Shown piece by piece: positions 35,908 to 50,657 of a DNA stretch of 64,000 nucleotides (within the stretch, counting starts at the first letter, position 1; each line of letters opens with the position of its first letter). The translations under genes and the position numbers were made by a program. Below the pieces are notes generated by a model that was not told the origin of the DNA, ran no database searches, and saw only the letters and a list, made by a program, of their open reading frames with translations. The stretch is from contig NC_092678.1 in the NCBI RefSeq assembly GCF_964355755.1, forward strand, positions 1,504,422 to 1,568,421, given 5' to 3'. The stretch comes from Antedon mediterranea. Its lineage: Eukaryota > Animalia > Echinodermata.

Positions 35908-38239
35908 TTAGATACTTCAAGTGTGAAGTATCATATTACAAACAAAAACTTTCATGGACTGTTTTGATAATAATTCAATGATTATCTGACAGCGAAATAC
36001 AGTATTGTCATGGGACTCATAAATACCAGAAATGCAGCTGGTACCTATAAATTATAGTCGAGTTTCCATTTTAGCAAAAATGTCAAAGTGTAGTACTATA
36101 ACTGCTGCTTGATTTCATCTAATAAATGAGTCATCTTGTGTGACGTACAGTAGCGGGCTAGAGCAGCAGCGTGATTTTAAAAAAAAAGTTCCAGCAAAGT
36201 GGGTGGATTCATGAATATTCATGATGCTGATTTATGATGGGTTGCTTGAAATTGTCAGCTGTGAATATGGGTCATGGCTTTGTATAGCCTTCTGTTGGGT
36301 CAAGTTTATGTCTAATCCTGTTGGTCTATTAAATGCCCATTAGTTTGTGTAGTGTGCCCTGATTTGCAGTTATTTAAATCCCGCAATATCCCATGTATAT
36401 TAAGATCAGCCTTTAAACCATAGAAATATCCAGGATAGTACCTAGAAGGGTTTAGTTACTGGAGTGAAGTCCCATGAGGCAGTTTAGTAGACATTCTTCT
36501 GCAGCAGATCTGGTACCAGCTATATTGGTCACCCTTTCAACTCCATTCTATCAGAGAAGTAGTCAATTTTTAATACCAAAAATTCATTATTTGCAATAAA
36601 CATAGGACGACAGATATTTTAATGTCATGCATCAAAACTAGTTTGTTTTATAATACGCCAACTACTGTAGAGTTTTAAAATAAACTTTATTAACTTAATC
36701 CGCTGGATCAAACGGCAGGCAGTTTAATAGTCGCCAGCCTCTCGATGAGACATTTTAAAGAATTTGTACGAAAAACTTAATTAACAATTCAGTAAAACTT
36801 GTACAATGCAATAGAACTAGTACTGAATGACACATGATATGAAATTAACCAATCAAGTGGCAAGTCAACTTCATCACTGCTTACTTGATGCAATAAAAGG
36901 AAATAAATAAATAAATAAGTTATTAACATCAAAGTACAGTATGTTTGTAAACCACACAAAACAACAGAAGAGATCTTCAAAGTTAGTTTTTCTACCACTG
37001 TTTGACATATATCTTTTAGGAAATGCATTAACTTAAGTCTAGTCATAGGAAGACAGAAAGCCGTCTTAAATCTGATGTGATTAGTGAAATGTCTAAGGTT
37101 TGTAGAAGCGGAAAAGTACAGTAATTCACAATACCCTTGCTTTGATGGCGCTTTAAGTCGTCTTAAGACGCAGTGCGTTACTTTCGTTTGATACTACTTG
37201 TTGTACAATTTTAAAGAGAGAACAACCTAAAAAATTACGTATGCTAATATCATAGTAGGAAATTATCTTAATTTTAAATACGGCATGATGAAAAATGAAA
37301 AAATGTGAGTTTTTTTGTGAAAGTGAAAACATATTTAAAAGGTCAATAGCATTTGATGATTGCTCTCAGTAACTTTACTCCTTACATAAAAACTCACCAA
37401 AGAGGACAAGTACACAAGAGGACAATGCACACAATTTCTCATTTAAGATTTTAATTTGCAAAAAGCTATCGTGTGAAAACAAATTGTATACACTGTATAT
37501 GAAAAGTGCATTGCACCAGCATTTTTGAAGTAAATGACTTGTGAGAATTTATTTTATTAATATTGTGTTCTACCATGAATTAATTAATTCCAGAATATTT
37601 GACATTCTCAGTGTCTTGTCTTGTGTGGATCATGCTTTGGCCTAGACCTTGGACTGACTTTGAACTGTACAGTTAGCATACAGAATATTAAACATTGTTT
37701 AATCTATTTCTATATATTTAATGAAACATGGTTAGAGCTATTTTTGGCTCTTACTTGCTAATGAAATTGCTGTTTGATTTTGAATTATTAATGACAAATT
37801 TATGCTATTACGCACATCGAATGTCATAGTAACGTTATAGTTGATGAATGTGCTATGCACCCTAAAGACATTGCTCAGTTTACATTATGATAATGACCGG
37901 GTGATAAGGTCAATAGTGTATACATACATACACATATGGGATCCTCCTCTTCTACATCGTAGAACTGGAGTCAAAAACCTATTCAGCACCAAATAGCCTA
38001 CTAAGGTGTTCGTTAAGAATTTTCTTCGATTGTGTAATGGCTTTGGCTTGCCTGATTTCTATACTTAAAATATTAGAGATTTTAATCCACGGATCACGCG
38101 TCGATAGTACCGTCTTGTTGGAACAGCAAACAGTGAACTGTGGACAATGAACATCAAATCGATCATTTTTCAAAGCAAATTCCTTTAGAGATAGGTAAAG
38201 GTGGCAGGAGAAAATAAAAAATTAAGATTTGAAAGAACA

Positions 38240-39245
38240 CAAGAGATTGAGTTTAGTAAAGGATGTAAAGAAAAGAAGGCTGACATGGTATGGTCATACC
38301 GTATATTTCGGTGTATAAGTCGCACATGTGTATAAGACGCACCCCCTAACTGAGAGTAAAATATCGGTATTTTTTATATCGTCGATGTATAAGACGCACC
38401 TTATATTTCATCAAAACAATGTTTTTTTTAAATTGTAATCAATATTATTGTAATAATAATTTAATATATTTTGTTATATATAACGGCGTCCTTTATTTAG
38501 GTTTTTTCTTACCTAGGCTCGGCCGCGCCCAGCCTCAACAAGTTGTTTCTAACTTGTTATTCATGAGTCTCGCACCCGCAACATTGAGTGCATGACCCTG
38601 TGTGTAACACGCACGTGTGTGGGCTAGCCTCGCTCGATCATTTTCGAGAGGGCGCACGTTTTCACGGACAATCGTATTCGATTAGTATCTATGTATCCGA
38701 GAAGTGTTTACGCTAGGTCCATGCTATAATCAACTGGAGAATATACTAGTCGAATACCGTACAACATGTGGCCGCCAAGAAGGGCTTGCGCTGGGGGTAC
38801 GGCGGTCGGCGATCGTGCGTATAACTATAATAAATATTATTCCAATCGTAAACGTTTACAAATGAAATTTTATCGGAGCGCCTAAAACAGCTCCATAATA
38901 AACAAATCTTTTCATCATATTTAGTATAACATCATGCTAAAATGCCTTGAAAACTAGGCAGAAGCAGGTTGCCGTTACGTTAGTACACTGTAGCTAAGCC
39001 TAGGCTACTCAGGCCTAGCCAACGAGGTGACGATATGTACATTCTGTGTGGTGAGGCATTTATGTTCGGTGTATAAGACGCACCCTTAATTTAGAGGTCA
39101 AATTTGCGTGTCAAAAGTGCGACTTATACACCGAAATATACGGTATACTCCGAATAAAAGAAAATACACCTGCTAAGATCAGAGAGGCTCAGTGAAAGAC
39201 CAAAAGAAAGACCGAAAACAACATGGATGGCAAACATCAAAAAGG
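38240..39245 (+). mobile_element. RTE-clade LINE ORF2 3' fragment interrupted by a DNA transposon
   Basis: Removing 38299-39143 plus one TA restores VKKRRLTWYGHILRIKENTPAKI...RPKERPKTTWMANIKK (RRLxWxGHxxR...RPxxRW-type motif). Confidence 0.75.
38299..39143. mobile_element. Tc1/mariner (pogo-like) non-autonomous element
   Basis: Perfect 27-bp TIRs CCGTATATTTCGGTGTATAAGTCGCAC, TA TSD on both sides, and subterminal TGTATAAGACGCAC repeats. Confidence 0.9.
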
Positions 39246-41556
39246 CAACAGAACTTTTCACATGCGGACTGTCCTATACACATTCTTGCTCAAAAACTTT
39301 CAGTTTGGTGTTACACAAATGATACGCGCAATGTCCCCGGCAATGTCTAACAACGATTAGCGTTTAAGATGTGATATGATAATATTTCATTATTACTTTA
39401 TATATTGATAAATTTATAATAATGCACTGTTCTTTAACGTGTGCTCAAAAGTATTTTGATGCCTATACACACCCCGCACTAAATATAAACCTCAACCACT
39501 CTGGTAATCTGGTTTTCTGAATGTGCATATAGGCTTTCTTTCGTATTATGTTTTATCTAATTTGTACTCAATTGTATTACCAATTATCAGTTATAGCTAC
39601 TATCTGCAATTAATTGATAGATTAAGTGAGACCTCTACTGTTTCAAACTTCATACAACCAGCATAATCGACATGTACAGATAACTATTTAAATTCAAATT
39701 GACAAATGGATATTCCTATGTATGATATATGAAGTGGTATTGTTTACTGATTGAGTTACCACGGTAAACTATTATGAATAAATAAGTAAATATTTTTTGT
39801 TATGCAGTTTAGACATCCTTACAGTAATTATGTCAAATTGTCCTCCACATTATTAAGGGTACCAGGAAATTCCTTTCTGTTTGAATTTACCACCAACGCA
39901 ATTATTAGTATTATTTTTAACTTCTGTACCGTCAGAAATGTACAGTAGATTGATTTAAAAAGATGTGACCTAGCGGTTAAGACGGAGTGACGTGAACTAT
40001 AGCCATAAAGGCGCAACAGGTTCAGCTTTTATTTATTTTATTTCATACGCATCCAACAGCGAGTAACTCGCCAATTACAAGATGGCTAAACTATTTTATC
40101 ATTGATTGCAAACTTAGTCTCATTTGAGTTTTAGGGAGTGGAGTTGAAAGAGTCGTGAGTTACAACACTGGCAGTAGGTTAGGATTGATACCCGGACCTT
40201 GGGATTGGAAGGCAAACATCAAGCTACAGCTTCACTCCAAAGCTTTTTTACCAAAGCAAAAATGTGCAGTGTAAATACAATATAATTTAGCGAAGAGATT
40301 GTTGTTGGCGTTATTCAGCAAAAACAGATAGAGTGATGGAAACTAGTTCATGGCCACTCAGTCATTTACTCTGATCAACAGTAATATACAGAATGTACAG
40401 TAAACAACAAATAAACTTGCATCAAAACACCTGTGTAATAATTCTATAAAGAATTATATGACATCTTTAACAAAATTATTTGTCCTTCCATTATATCTTA
40501 TTGACCTTCATAGATTGTGAGAGACACAAGAAACAAAAAAAAAACACCTGATGATTTTAGAAATATTATAACTGGATGTTGATTAAATACATTTTGTATT
40601 GTACATTTTGTTATATAGCAAATGTAGTTTAAAACCTCCCCAATACATTTAAAACTGTGATATTATATAATATTTCAGTCAAGAGTCCTAGTCAGAATTG
40701 TTTTCCGACAAAAGAGGCAACAATTGTCGTGATCTAGAGCTAGTTCAGCCTATTTTACCATCATTTCCATTGCGGGGTTTGTTGCTCTTAATGCAGTTAT
40801 ACTAGTCTATTTTATTAAAATTTTTACCAAACAAAAAAAAAAGCTTTTACGAATGTATACTTCCAATGAATCGATACAGTATGTTTTTCTTGTTCATTTT
40901 CTGGTCTATTTACAATGAACTTTATAACGTGATAAAAGATCAACTGTAATTATACAAATTTAACCTTAAGGAACATTAACAAAACCACAGTACTTAATAA
41001 CCAAAGTATACTACTGTAACCATCTATCAGCGCCGTCATAAAAATATGTAATAATACCAAATTACCTTGAAAATGAATGCATGAATAAAAAATAAACATT
41101 TAACCAACAAATATAGTAATTAAACAATATGCAATTTATATGAATAACATTTTGTCTGATGGAATTATTTAATATAGATACATTTACTATATTAAATGAA
41201 ATACTGGTATTGTACAATATAATATTGGAATGGATATCAATTATTATTGATATTATTATTCTCAATTACGTAAATTGCCAAGGGAGTTCATTCACCGTCC
41301 TTCTCACTCAAGATACACAGAATCTCCACATAATATGTGTTATATTACAAGTCTTTGGAAAGTGGAGTTGTTTTGTTTTATTGGACATCTGACAGGATTT
41401 GAGCCTAGGATGGTAGCCAACTATAACCCCACTCGATCTAGCGTGTAAATGGGGAAATAACCTGCGACTTGCAGCGTACTGGGCTGAAATGTGTAGACTT
41501 TGTGTTGCGTGTTACCACCAGTGGCCGTTCATCTGTCAAAGATAGGGGCTGAATGA

Positions 41557-41665
41557 ACCAGTACACTGGGGTAACCAGTACACTGGGGTAACCCCCCTAC
41601 TCTTCCAAAGGATGCACTGGATTCTTTAAAACCTCCAGTTTTAATTCCTTATCCAACAAGACTAG
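41557..41665 (-). mobile_element. Deu-domain-like SINE fragment
   Basis: Minus strand GTCTTGTTGGATAAGG..TAAAAC..TTAAAGAATCCAGTGCA..GAAGAGTAGGGGGGTTACCCCAGTGTACTGG resembles the DeuSINE core. Contains a 17-bp local duplication. Confidence 0.65.
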
Positions 41666-44600
41666 TTGGCATTAAAGCAAATACAGATTGTAAAATATCA
41701 AAAACCATGGTGCATGTAGTGGTCTAATGACTAATTGCAATTAAGTAGAAAATTCCGGGTTCGAATTTCGGTTGAAACACAGATTTCCTGATGTGCACCT
41801 TTTATAGATTAATTTTCAGTATTACACCTGGATAGTTTTTCTATGTCTGTGAATTTAAATAAATTTTTAATGAATACAATTTTATAAATTGGAAGAAGCA
41901 ATTGGTGAATTAATAATAATAAATTCTTTGTTTTTCTTACATTTGCTCTCACTAGTAGTAGTAACTGTTATTGTTATAATTGATTTTTTTTTTTCAATAT
42001 TCTTTATCGCGTTCAATTTACAACCCTATAGCCATTCATCGACTTATTCTGTACTCTAGCGGTCAAGCACTGCCCATTAGGCTACTACGGCTTAACATTG
42101 CCTGGTCAGCCAGTTTAATTAAGTCCATTATTAGAATACTCCCCATAGGAAGTCTTTTAGATTGACCTCGTTTATAAGTTCAATGTCATTGTTCCAATTT
42201 TTAAAAGTGGATATACACCTTTTAAAACAGATTAAAGTTCAGTTATAATAGTAGTGAATATTATACTTGTGGATTTATACGTGCAGTACCAGATGCCATT
42301 TCAAATATTTATTGTGCATAAAAAAGAATATTTCTTAAGCTCTGTCTACACTCTCAAGAGAACGGTTGTTGTAGCATAATAACCGAAACATATTCTAAAC
42401 CTTACTTTCACTACAATCTTTTTAAAAACATGTGTGTATCACAAACCTAATTTTATTTGCCATGCAATATTGCATTATGATTTCGTTCATTTGAGGGCCT
42501 GAGTGAAAACCCAATGACTTCTACCTCTAATGTCAGTGATAATTACCACTTAAATGGCGCTCCAGTATATAGTCGATTTTGTGATTGTAAACTGTTATTT
42601 GAGAACACTGTTTAAATGTGTTTCATTTCTGCTTTTAAGGAAAGGATTAATAAACTATTTGGTTATTAGCTAAATATTTTGAATTTATAAAAATTTATTT
42701 TTAAATATGAATAAAAAAATAATTTTGTAATTTGAAATACATATCAACTATAGTAAAGTACTTAATTAAATATTGACATTATATAAATATTGTATTCTAG
42801 ATTTTGTTTATAGTGTCAATATTATATCTATTTTAGATGGTACTTAGCAGTATATTCTATGTTTAAAAACAGATGCATAAGATTACATTAGCTGATGGCA
42901 CCCCTCATCATTATATAACAAAGTTGAGCATTTGTTTTCATTTACGTTTAATACTACGCATATTGATAAATGATCTTCCCACGTCAGCACGCTATCAATT
43001 GCACACTGTCCATATGCTTACATTGTCACAGATGCGTTGGCACTCCAAATATTACACACCCACAACTGTAGAATTACCATATTGTTTAATTAGTTGATAT
43101 TGTTGTTGGACGGTAGGACATGGCTGTAGGGATGTAGACTTGACAAAAGAATCGTGCCACAGATGGTCTTTAAAGCCCTCTTCAATATTTTGATATCAAG
43201 GATTTTGGATTTTGAATTACAATTTTTTATCTAGTAGCATGATCATTATGGACCATGTCAATTTTATTCTGCTGCAGTTACTGCAGTATTAACTAAATTT
43301 CTGTTTATTTATGAAATTATTTACACACTTACACTTACACATTTATTGCTGTGACTGCCTAATAAACTTCTATAATGAAACAAAATAAAACCATGCATTA
43401 TTTAAAATGTAATACAATTTGTGAATCTTTCACAACTGAAAAATAAGAAAAATAAAATGAATTTGGTTTGATGTGAAACTACAGTATACAATATTTGAAT
43501 TAAAGATTTTAAATGTCAACAAATTTATAACTTTATCACAGCTGATTTCCATTTTTATTTAGTAGTTTATTAAAATATTGAATTCATTTAATATATTAAA
43601 ATATTTGGTTTGATAGTATAGATATTTAGATTTATAAGTTATTAAACGTCAACACACATTTATCAATAATGGATACATGTAATAAAAATTGTCCTTGGCT
43701 TTCTTGTGTGGGTGGAGGCAACATATGGAACAAACCAACGCATTTATTACTAGTTGATATTTATTATTGATCAGAAAAACTCATAATTTATAACAATTTA
43801 TTGAATGAAAATGTGCTTATTCACAAAAATCTCACAGTATTATATAGCTGTATTAGATTTTTTTTAACAAAGATAAAAAAATATGCACAACAGCGATGAA
43901 GCAAAATTTTATTTTTAAAATCAAAATTTCTCCTAATTTTATTTATTGTACAATTTTAGTTATTGCCAAAGAGTGGCCAAAGTCACACCTTATTGAAGTA
44001 GACAATTTGCATTTTTTGTAAAATTAGTCTAATCCCAATACCAGCACACCTGAGCAAATTTGTCTGTTTTTTTCGGAAAGTCTGGTATTTGGAATGTTTT
44101 TTTAATGGTATTGGGAAAGTTTCTGGTTTTTTTTTCACATAGGATCATTTTAGAATACATTGAACAGACCTACAAGTAAACTGGGTTGGTGGCTGCGGAT
44201 ATCTAATTCATGATTTGCGAAGCCATACACAGAGCCAATATGACTCAAATTTGACTCGTTTTAGGCTTTGATTGGCATTTCCATGATGTTGACTTTTTAA
44301 CTCGATATTGGTCATACCCCCTCAGTTGTCAATTTACCATACTAATAACCACCAGCTTGTTGTATATAATTTATTCCTCAACCTTTAGTTGATTTAGCTT
44401 TCATCCTTTTTAGAATATTCAACAAATTTTATTTCCATAATATCTAACAATCTTAAATATTTAGATATTTTACCAATTTTGTTTTGTCTTTAATCCATCT
44501 GCCACCAATAAAAACGCACTAAACGTTTAACTAAGTTGTATGTTGAATACTATTCATCTATCGACTTCTAGCTTTATTAGGGCAAATGATTAGGATTACT

Positions 44601-45949
44601 GTATATTGGTAACAATTATTTTTAACAGCAAATTCTACAAACTTAGTAGTAAGCAGATAACATTCAGTAACTACAGTAATTTTTAGAAAGATAGCATTGT
44701 TCTTTATATATTTACTTTCACAAAAATATAATTATAGACATTCAACCTTATTTGCTAAGTTCAATAAGCAAGGTAGACTTAAAATAAACAAATTCCATAT
44801 TTGAAAGCCAATGTATTTATGGAAGTCATGTTTTATTCATGAGTTAATATACTGCATTATGTGGAGTATGAAGCCGTCTAGCAAGCCACGCCTGGTACAA
44901 AAGTAGTTCCGTACTGTCAAACATAATCATTATGCGATACTGAAGGCTGCCTTGTCACTGTACTACATTAATAAAATATGTGTTTTACTACGACGACGAC
45001 GCCAATGTTTTGGACTGACCTGGGAAAAGGAGCTATTATCTTGATGAGGAAAATTGTTTTTCCTTATCTAGTTCTTCAGATCTTTGTAGTAAACAATGGC
45101 ATTATTTGTAATTTATAACTATAAGTTATGGCATAATGTTACATAACATCAATTCAGTCCTGTTTAAAATTAACAATCTACTATAACATAGCCTGGCATC
45201 AACCCATTTACACAACCCTTTTAGATGGGCATTAAACCTCTTTTACGTAAACATCAACATACACCCCCCCCCCTCCCCTTTCCCACCTTTACAAACATCA
45301 ATGCATTCTTTTTACATAAACTTCAACGCATGCGCCCCACTTTACAATCATCAACACATTCACGCCTACATAAACATCAACGCACTCTACATAAAACCAA
45401 CACTTTTCCTTTCCAATAACATCAAAATGGCGTGCATCATTTACCACGCCCTATCATTACATCAAGTTCATTATTAATTTGTAACGATACCAAGAAGACG
45501 CTGATTGCCTCCAAGAAGACGCTGATTGCCTCCGTGAATAATTTATTGACGAGATGTATAATATTCTATAATTGTTATCTACTATCAAATTCAATCAAAC
45601 TTTTTTTTGCATAATTACGAAAGCGTATTTTATTGTTTGTTAACAATCGTCTTCTGAGAATTTATTATCAATATATGAAAGTGGAACAATTCATTACTAT
45701 CTCTATTGTTACATACAGTATATTCATATTTACAGGTTTATTTTATTGCTATTGCAAGATGGTTTTGTTTTTATTTACAAAGATATTAATAGCTGATTAG
45801 GCGGTAACTGTATCTATAATTTATACAGTATCACTATCATAGACTCTGATACAGTGTCACATTGTATCATATCAAGGCACCACATTGTATAATATGCGAC
45901 ACATATGAAATGTGCTGTATGTGTCCTATAATATTACATGATTTGTCCA

Positions 45950-46180
45950 CAGCCGAGTGGTTTGGACACTTGACTGTCATACAGAGAGACCCAGGTTAAA
46001 TTCCCGACAACTCCAAATCTACTCAGTTGTAAATGAGTACTTAGTTGAAAATTCCAAGGAGGATAAGATAGCATGTAAAAGAAACTGGCCACCCTACAAC
46101 ATTGTGCGGAGGCTTGTCAAATGAGCTCCTAACAGCTTATTCACGACGTTCAGAAATGAATACTGGACTTACCTTTATCG
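45950..46180 (+). mobile_element. tRNA-derived SINE (degenerate)
   Basis: A-box-like GCCGAGTGG, B-box-like GGTTAAATTCC, central CTACTCAGTTGTAAATGAGTAC block and a GGACTTACCTTTA tail. Confidence 0.55.
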
Positions 46181-49100
46181 TTAGAAACATAAATACTATC
46201 ATACTAGTACTAAGCATAAATACACTGTACCTACAAGTTCATATCATGTCTAACTTTTTTCAGTCTTCGGTTGTCTCGCTGTAACGTTTCTCATTGACTT
46301 ATTTTTAGCATTATTTTGTGCGATTTAGAGTTTCTGTCTTCACCGGCATATAATTGGTGTCGTAAATTTGATTCAGAATTTTTATAGTAATGTTCTTCTG
46401 CAAGCAAAATGTAGTTAAGTATCTCTTGATGCTTCATTGTCGTTGTTAAATTAAAAAAAAAATCAACTTGCATCATTTTTCTTGGTCTTTCAACATTAAG
46501 TATTTTGAACCAGTAACATGTCTTGCATTTGTGAGTAATTCTCTTATATAATATATTTAATGTCTTTTTTACCGGTAATTCTTTTAGAATCTTTCAAATA
46601 AATAAGATTATGTAGCATTACAAAAAATATGTTTTTAGTTTGGACTTCCATAAATTTTGCCTTTTTTGCTTTTCTTATCCATTCTCTCATAAATAAACAA
46701 ATTATTTCACAATTTTAATAATCCATTTCTGAAATAATCTGTAGCCAGCCAAATAGTATAATATTACTTTGTTTGAATAATAATGAACTACTAATCACAA
46801 TGATAATAGCTTCATAAATAATTTATATAAAGACAATGTTTCCCTTTAATTCTCATTATACAGTATGGTCAGATTTCTTAGAACTAATCAATGTATTGCA
46901 GAGTACATTGTTGCTACAGTATAGCTTTTCGTTCTTGGAATAATGATTCTCAATATGTATGCACTGAAAACAATATTAATTGTATGTTATAGATATTAAG
47001 TTATTGTACAATGATTGGTAAAAAAAAAAGATGAAAGATGGACATCTACTGTACACATATTTAGGTAAAATGTGCCCCCCCCCCCCCCCCACCAACATTA
47101 AAAATAAAAAGATTTACAAGATTATACTTTATTCTCTGGTTTACTTTGTTACTTTTAAACACAGAAAGTAGAATAAATTATTTCTAATTTGAAACTCCAG
47201 GGGAATAATAAATATATTCTAACATACTTGTTGTAGGATACGTTTTGAAACGCATCGTTGAATTTCTGATCCTCATCAATGAATATCTTGTCGTCGTCTT
47301 CGTATTTTAGAAACATATTTAACTACATATCTACTTATGTTTGTCTAGACAGTCAAATTGTATAATAGTCAAAGTGACCTGTGTAATGAATATTGCAACT
47401 GTAGGCTGAGTAGTTAATATATCCTTAGTTTCAGTTGCATACCTTGATTTGTATTTTAATAGTGATACTTATAATTTATATGTAATAAATTCCAATACAT
47501 TATAATATTAAACTATTTAATTGATGCTTTGTAATGATTGTGTCTTCATATTTCTTTCTGATATAAAGAAGTATTGTTCGTATAAATATTAAAATAATTA
47601 TTGTTCAATTACTTAGTTAACTTCTTTTAATGATATTTTGATTTTCATATTTATAATTAATAATAGGGTAATGTTTGTATGTTTTTAACCGCCAAAATAA
47701 TCTTAAAAGATGATGATAACCAATGATGAGCTATGTGGCAAAATATAGTATTTTAATACCAATAAAAAGTTTCATGAAGTCTACCTGACAAGTAAATGGA
47801 AATTTCAAATATAATAGGCCTACAAGTAAGGTTTGTAGGTGCTAATTTTGTTGTAATGATCGTAAGCCTGAGACACTGCCTGGGTTACTGTGCCAAGCAC
47901 CTCTTTGCCCATCACAGTTGTATTATGTCACATTTAACAAATGTTAAGGTCGATTAGATACTGTCTGTTAATCAAATTCCAAGATTAATATCATAGAAAT
48001 TGTTACTGGTATTCTGTTCTTTAAGCCTTTTGAAAGCATTATCTAGATCTCTCTAAATTCCTGGCCGTGGATGTTGAGCCTTCACACCCTGGTGGTATAG
48101 CCAAGCTATAGTGCAATATTTGGAGCTTACAAAATGTTTCACATACTCTGAATTGTTGGAACGCTTTAAAAGGTCATTTTAAGTACAGGACTAATGTTAT
48201 GATTACTGGAGCGTGACGAGAAACAAGGGCAGTGATTGTTGAGTGGAAGCTGGCACGCAGCCGAAGACAACCAAATTTGACAGTACAAATTAACATAGTT
48301 CATTCCTCACTCCTCCCGTGTTTGCATACTTTGAAGTTCTGAGAGCTACATCTCCGTAGAAATATTTACATATTTTCATCTGTCGTCGTCGGTATGCGCT
48401 CCTTTGATGTCTCTGATGAGCGAACATGTAATGGAAACCAACAGAGTGAATCTTTGATTTCCAACCGACTAGGAATGCTTCTTTATTCCTGAATAATGTA
48501 TATAATTGTTTTGTAAAATTTAGAGTTTTAATATCCATTAGCGTCTATAGAAAAACAAATTTTGTAGGTAACCTCTCATTTTTTGCTTGAGCGAGCCTAA
48601 ATAGAAGAAAATAGCTTAAGAGCCCCCATTTTGATGCTCAGTCATAAGAACCCATGAAATAATATCAACAATTTTTGTTGGGTTCAGCATTAGGTCCAAC
48701 TGAACTTTTGAAATTGTTTTAATGTGAAAATGATAAATGTTGCACCTTTATAACATCTTCAATATCCTTTAGGACATCCATATTCAGATTCACACTTTCA
48801 AGGGGCCAATATGGTCAACCCCTATTAGAGGAACACACTTTGTTTGGAACCCTAATATAGAGGTTGTAAAAGGTGTATTTAAAACAGTATTCTTATGTGT
48901 AGACTAGTGACATTCTGTTTGTGAATATACAATCAATATTTAGAGAGTTTGAAAGGTGGGACTATTGTTTTACTGTACTTTCATGTAACTCTGTTTTATT
49001 TTGACATTTGCAACAACCCGGGCAGCAAGTTCACCCTTCTCACAATTTGGTTTTGTTTTAAACAATGCATATTGTATGTTATCACTTAAGTTATGCATTG

Positions 49101-49534
49101 TTCACCATATGGTGTTTGATGGTTTTGTTAACTTCAATTTCACAATTCTTAGAATTTTGGTAACGCTTCCAGCTGAATCTATTGTTGAATAACATTGCAT
49201 AGTCTGTGGAGGGCCTAATTCATTTAGCATTATGTTTTGTTGATTGCAAAATGCATTATAATCTGTATCGCAACATTTGAATCACTTTAAAGTTAAGTTC
49301 TTTTTACTGCAAACACATTTTTGGCTAAAAACTGCACCACTAATTCCAGTTAATTGACTTTACAACATCAAAATTGATTGTCCATTGCTACCTATTTTTT
49401 TTTAATGCAATGTAACAAGTTTTGATTGGCCCGTTTGTACTATAAACTGGAGCAGTAATTAATTCACATAATAATATCAACTATTAAGTTCTTTTTACTG
49501 CATGGAAAACACATTTTCACCACTAATTCCAGTT

Positions 49535-49568
<34 letters not shown>

Positions 49569-49615
49569 GGATTTTTATAGCGCACATACCACTCAAGAGT
49601 GCTTAAGGCGCATTC
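49535..49615 (-). mobile_element. LINE/SINE 3' tail with (ATT)n inserted into a local duplication
   Basis: Minus strand GCGCCTTAAGCACTCTTGAGTGGTATGTGCGCTATAAAAATCCTG(TTA)n. Similar tails occur near 23350 and 63700. Confidence 0.6.
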
Positions 49616-50657
49616 AAAAAAATAAAAACAAATCATACAAATGCCTGACAAATAAAATGCAATTTCTTTGGAGGGTCCCCATTCGTTCTCGTTCTGTCGC
49701 GGTCCCGGACCCCTACCTAGGTGACCAAACAAAGGAGCAGGATAAAAATTTTTAAATGACTTTACAACATCAAATCATCCATTGACCTATTATTATTTTC
49801 AAAATGTAACAAGTTTATGTTGTCTATAAACTGGAGCAGTAATTTATTCAAATAATAATAGACAACTTTTATCTTTCAACAGAATCTGGCCCCTAGATAG
49901 ATAACTTATCACTTTCAAAGCATGCCTTTAGTTCATGATCAAAATTAAACAATAATTGAGACACTAAACAAAGTTTTACAACTATACAATTATGTTTTAT
50001 AGATAACTTTCAGTCATGTGACCTGACACATGCCTCGTAATTCTCGATCAAAACAAACAACCAAGTTGAGACACAAAAGAAATGAGAACAAAGTTCTGTA
50101 ATCATTCTTGATATCTTTTTAAGAGTTTATTTGTTTATATTTGACCAACAGAAAAAGGAAGTTTGGCAGAGATTGGAATGTTGGTACTGGTAGGGTTATT
50201 CCCCTGTATTATTAAACTACTAGGAATTATATTATTATTGTATCATATTCATACTATCAATATTATTATATTGATTGTGTGAACATGATAGAGTAACATA
50301 ATTGAACCTCTCTGTGTGGACACGTCCCAGGACACACATCCAAAAGTCCGGTTTGTTTGTTCTTTCTATCTAATCAGTGCATTTAGTACCTCTCATAAGT
50401 GGATGAATTAGTAATGTACAGTTGAACCAAGGCAATTAACTTTAAAGATCAAAAGGTTTATCTTTTGCGACACAATCTGTTTCATGCCCCCTTAACAGAC
50501 GCAGCACGCTGCAAAGAATATGTACGCAGTGCAGTGCTGTTGATATTTGTTACAGCCAGACATAAGATCAAAGAACTTGGCATGGCGAGATTGTTAGATT
50601 GCGATGGTTCAACCTCCTTTTTTTTTCTTGGACAATTCTCATACTGGACACCGTCCA

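Noticed and set aside
45491-45532. 21-bp direct repeat CCAAGAAGACGCTGATTGCCT x2 (similar short doublets near 41557 and 59767)
   Set aside because: Simple local slippage duplications with no further structure.
48405-48450. CTGATGAG...GAAAC hammerhead-like core (also CTGATGAG near 15847 and 33813)
   Set aside because: No convincing stem II or flanking stems could be formed by eye.
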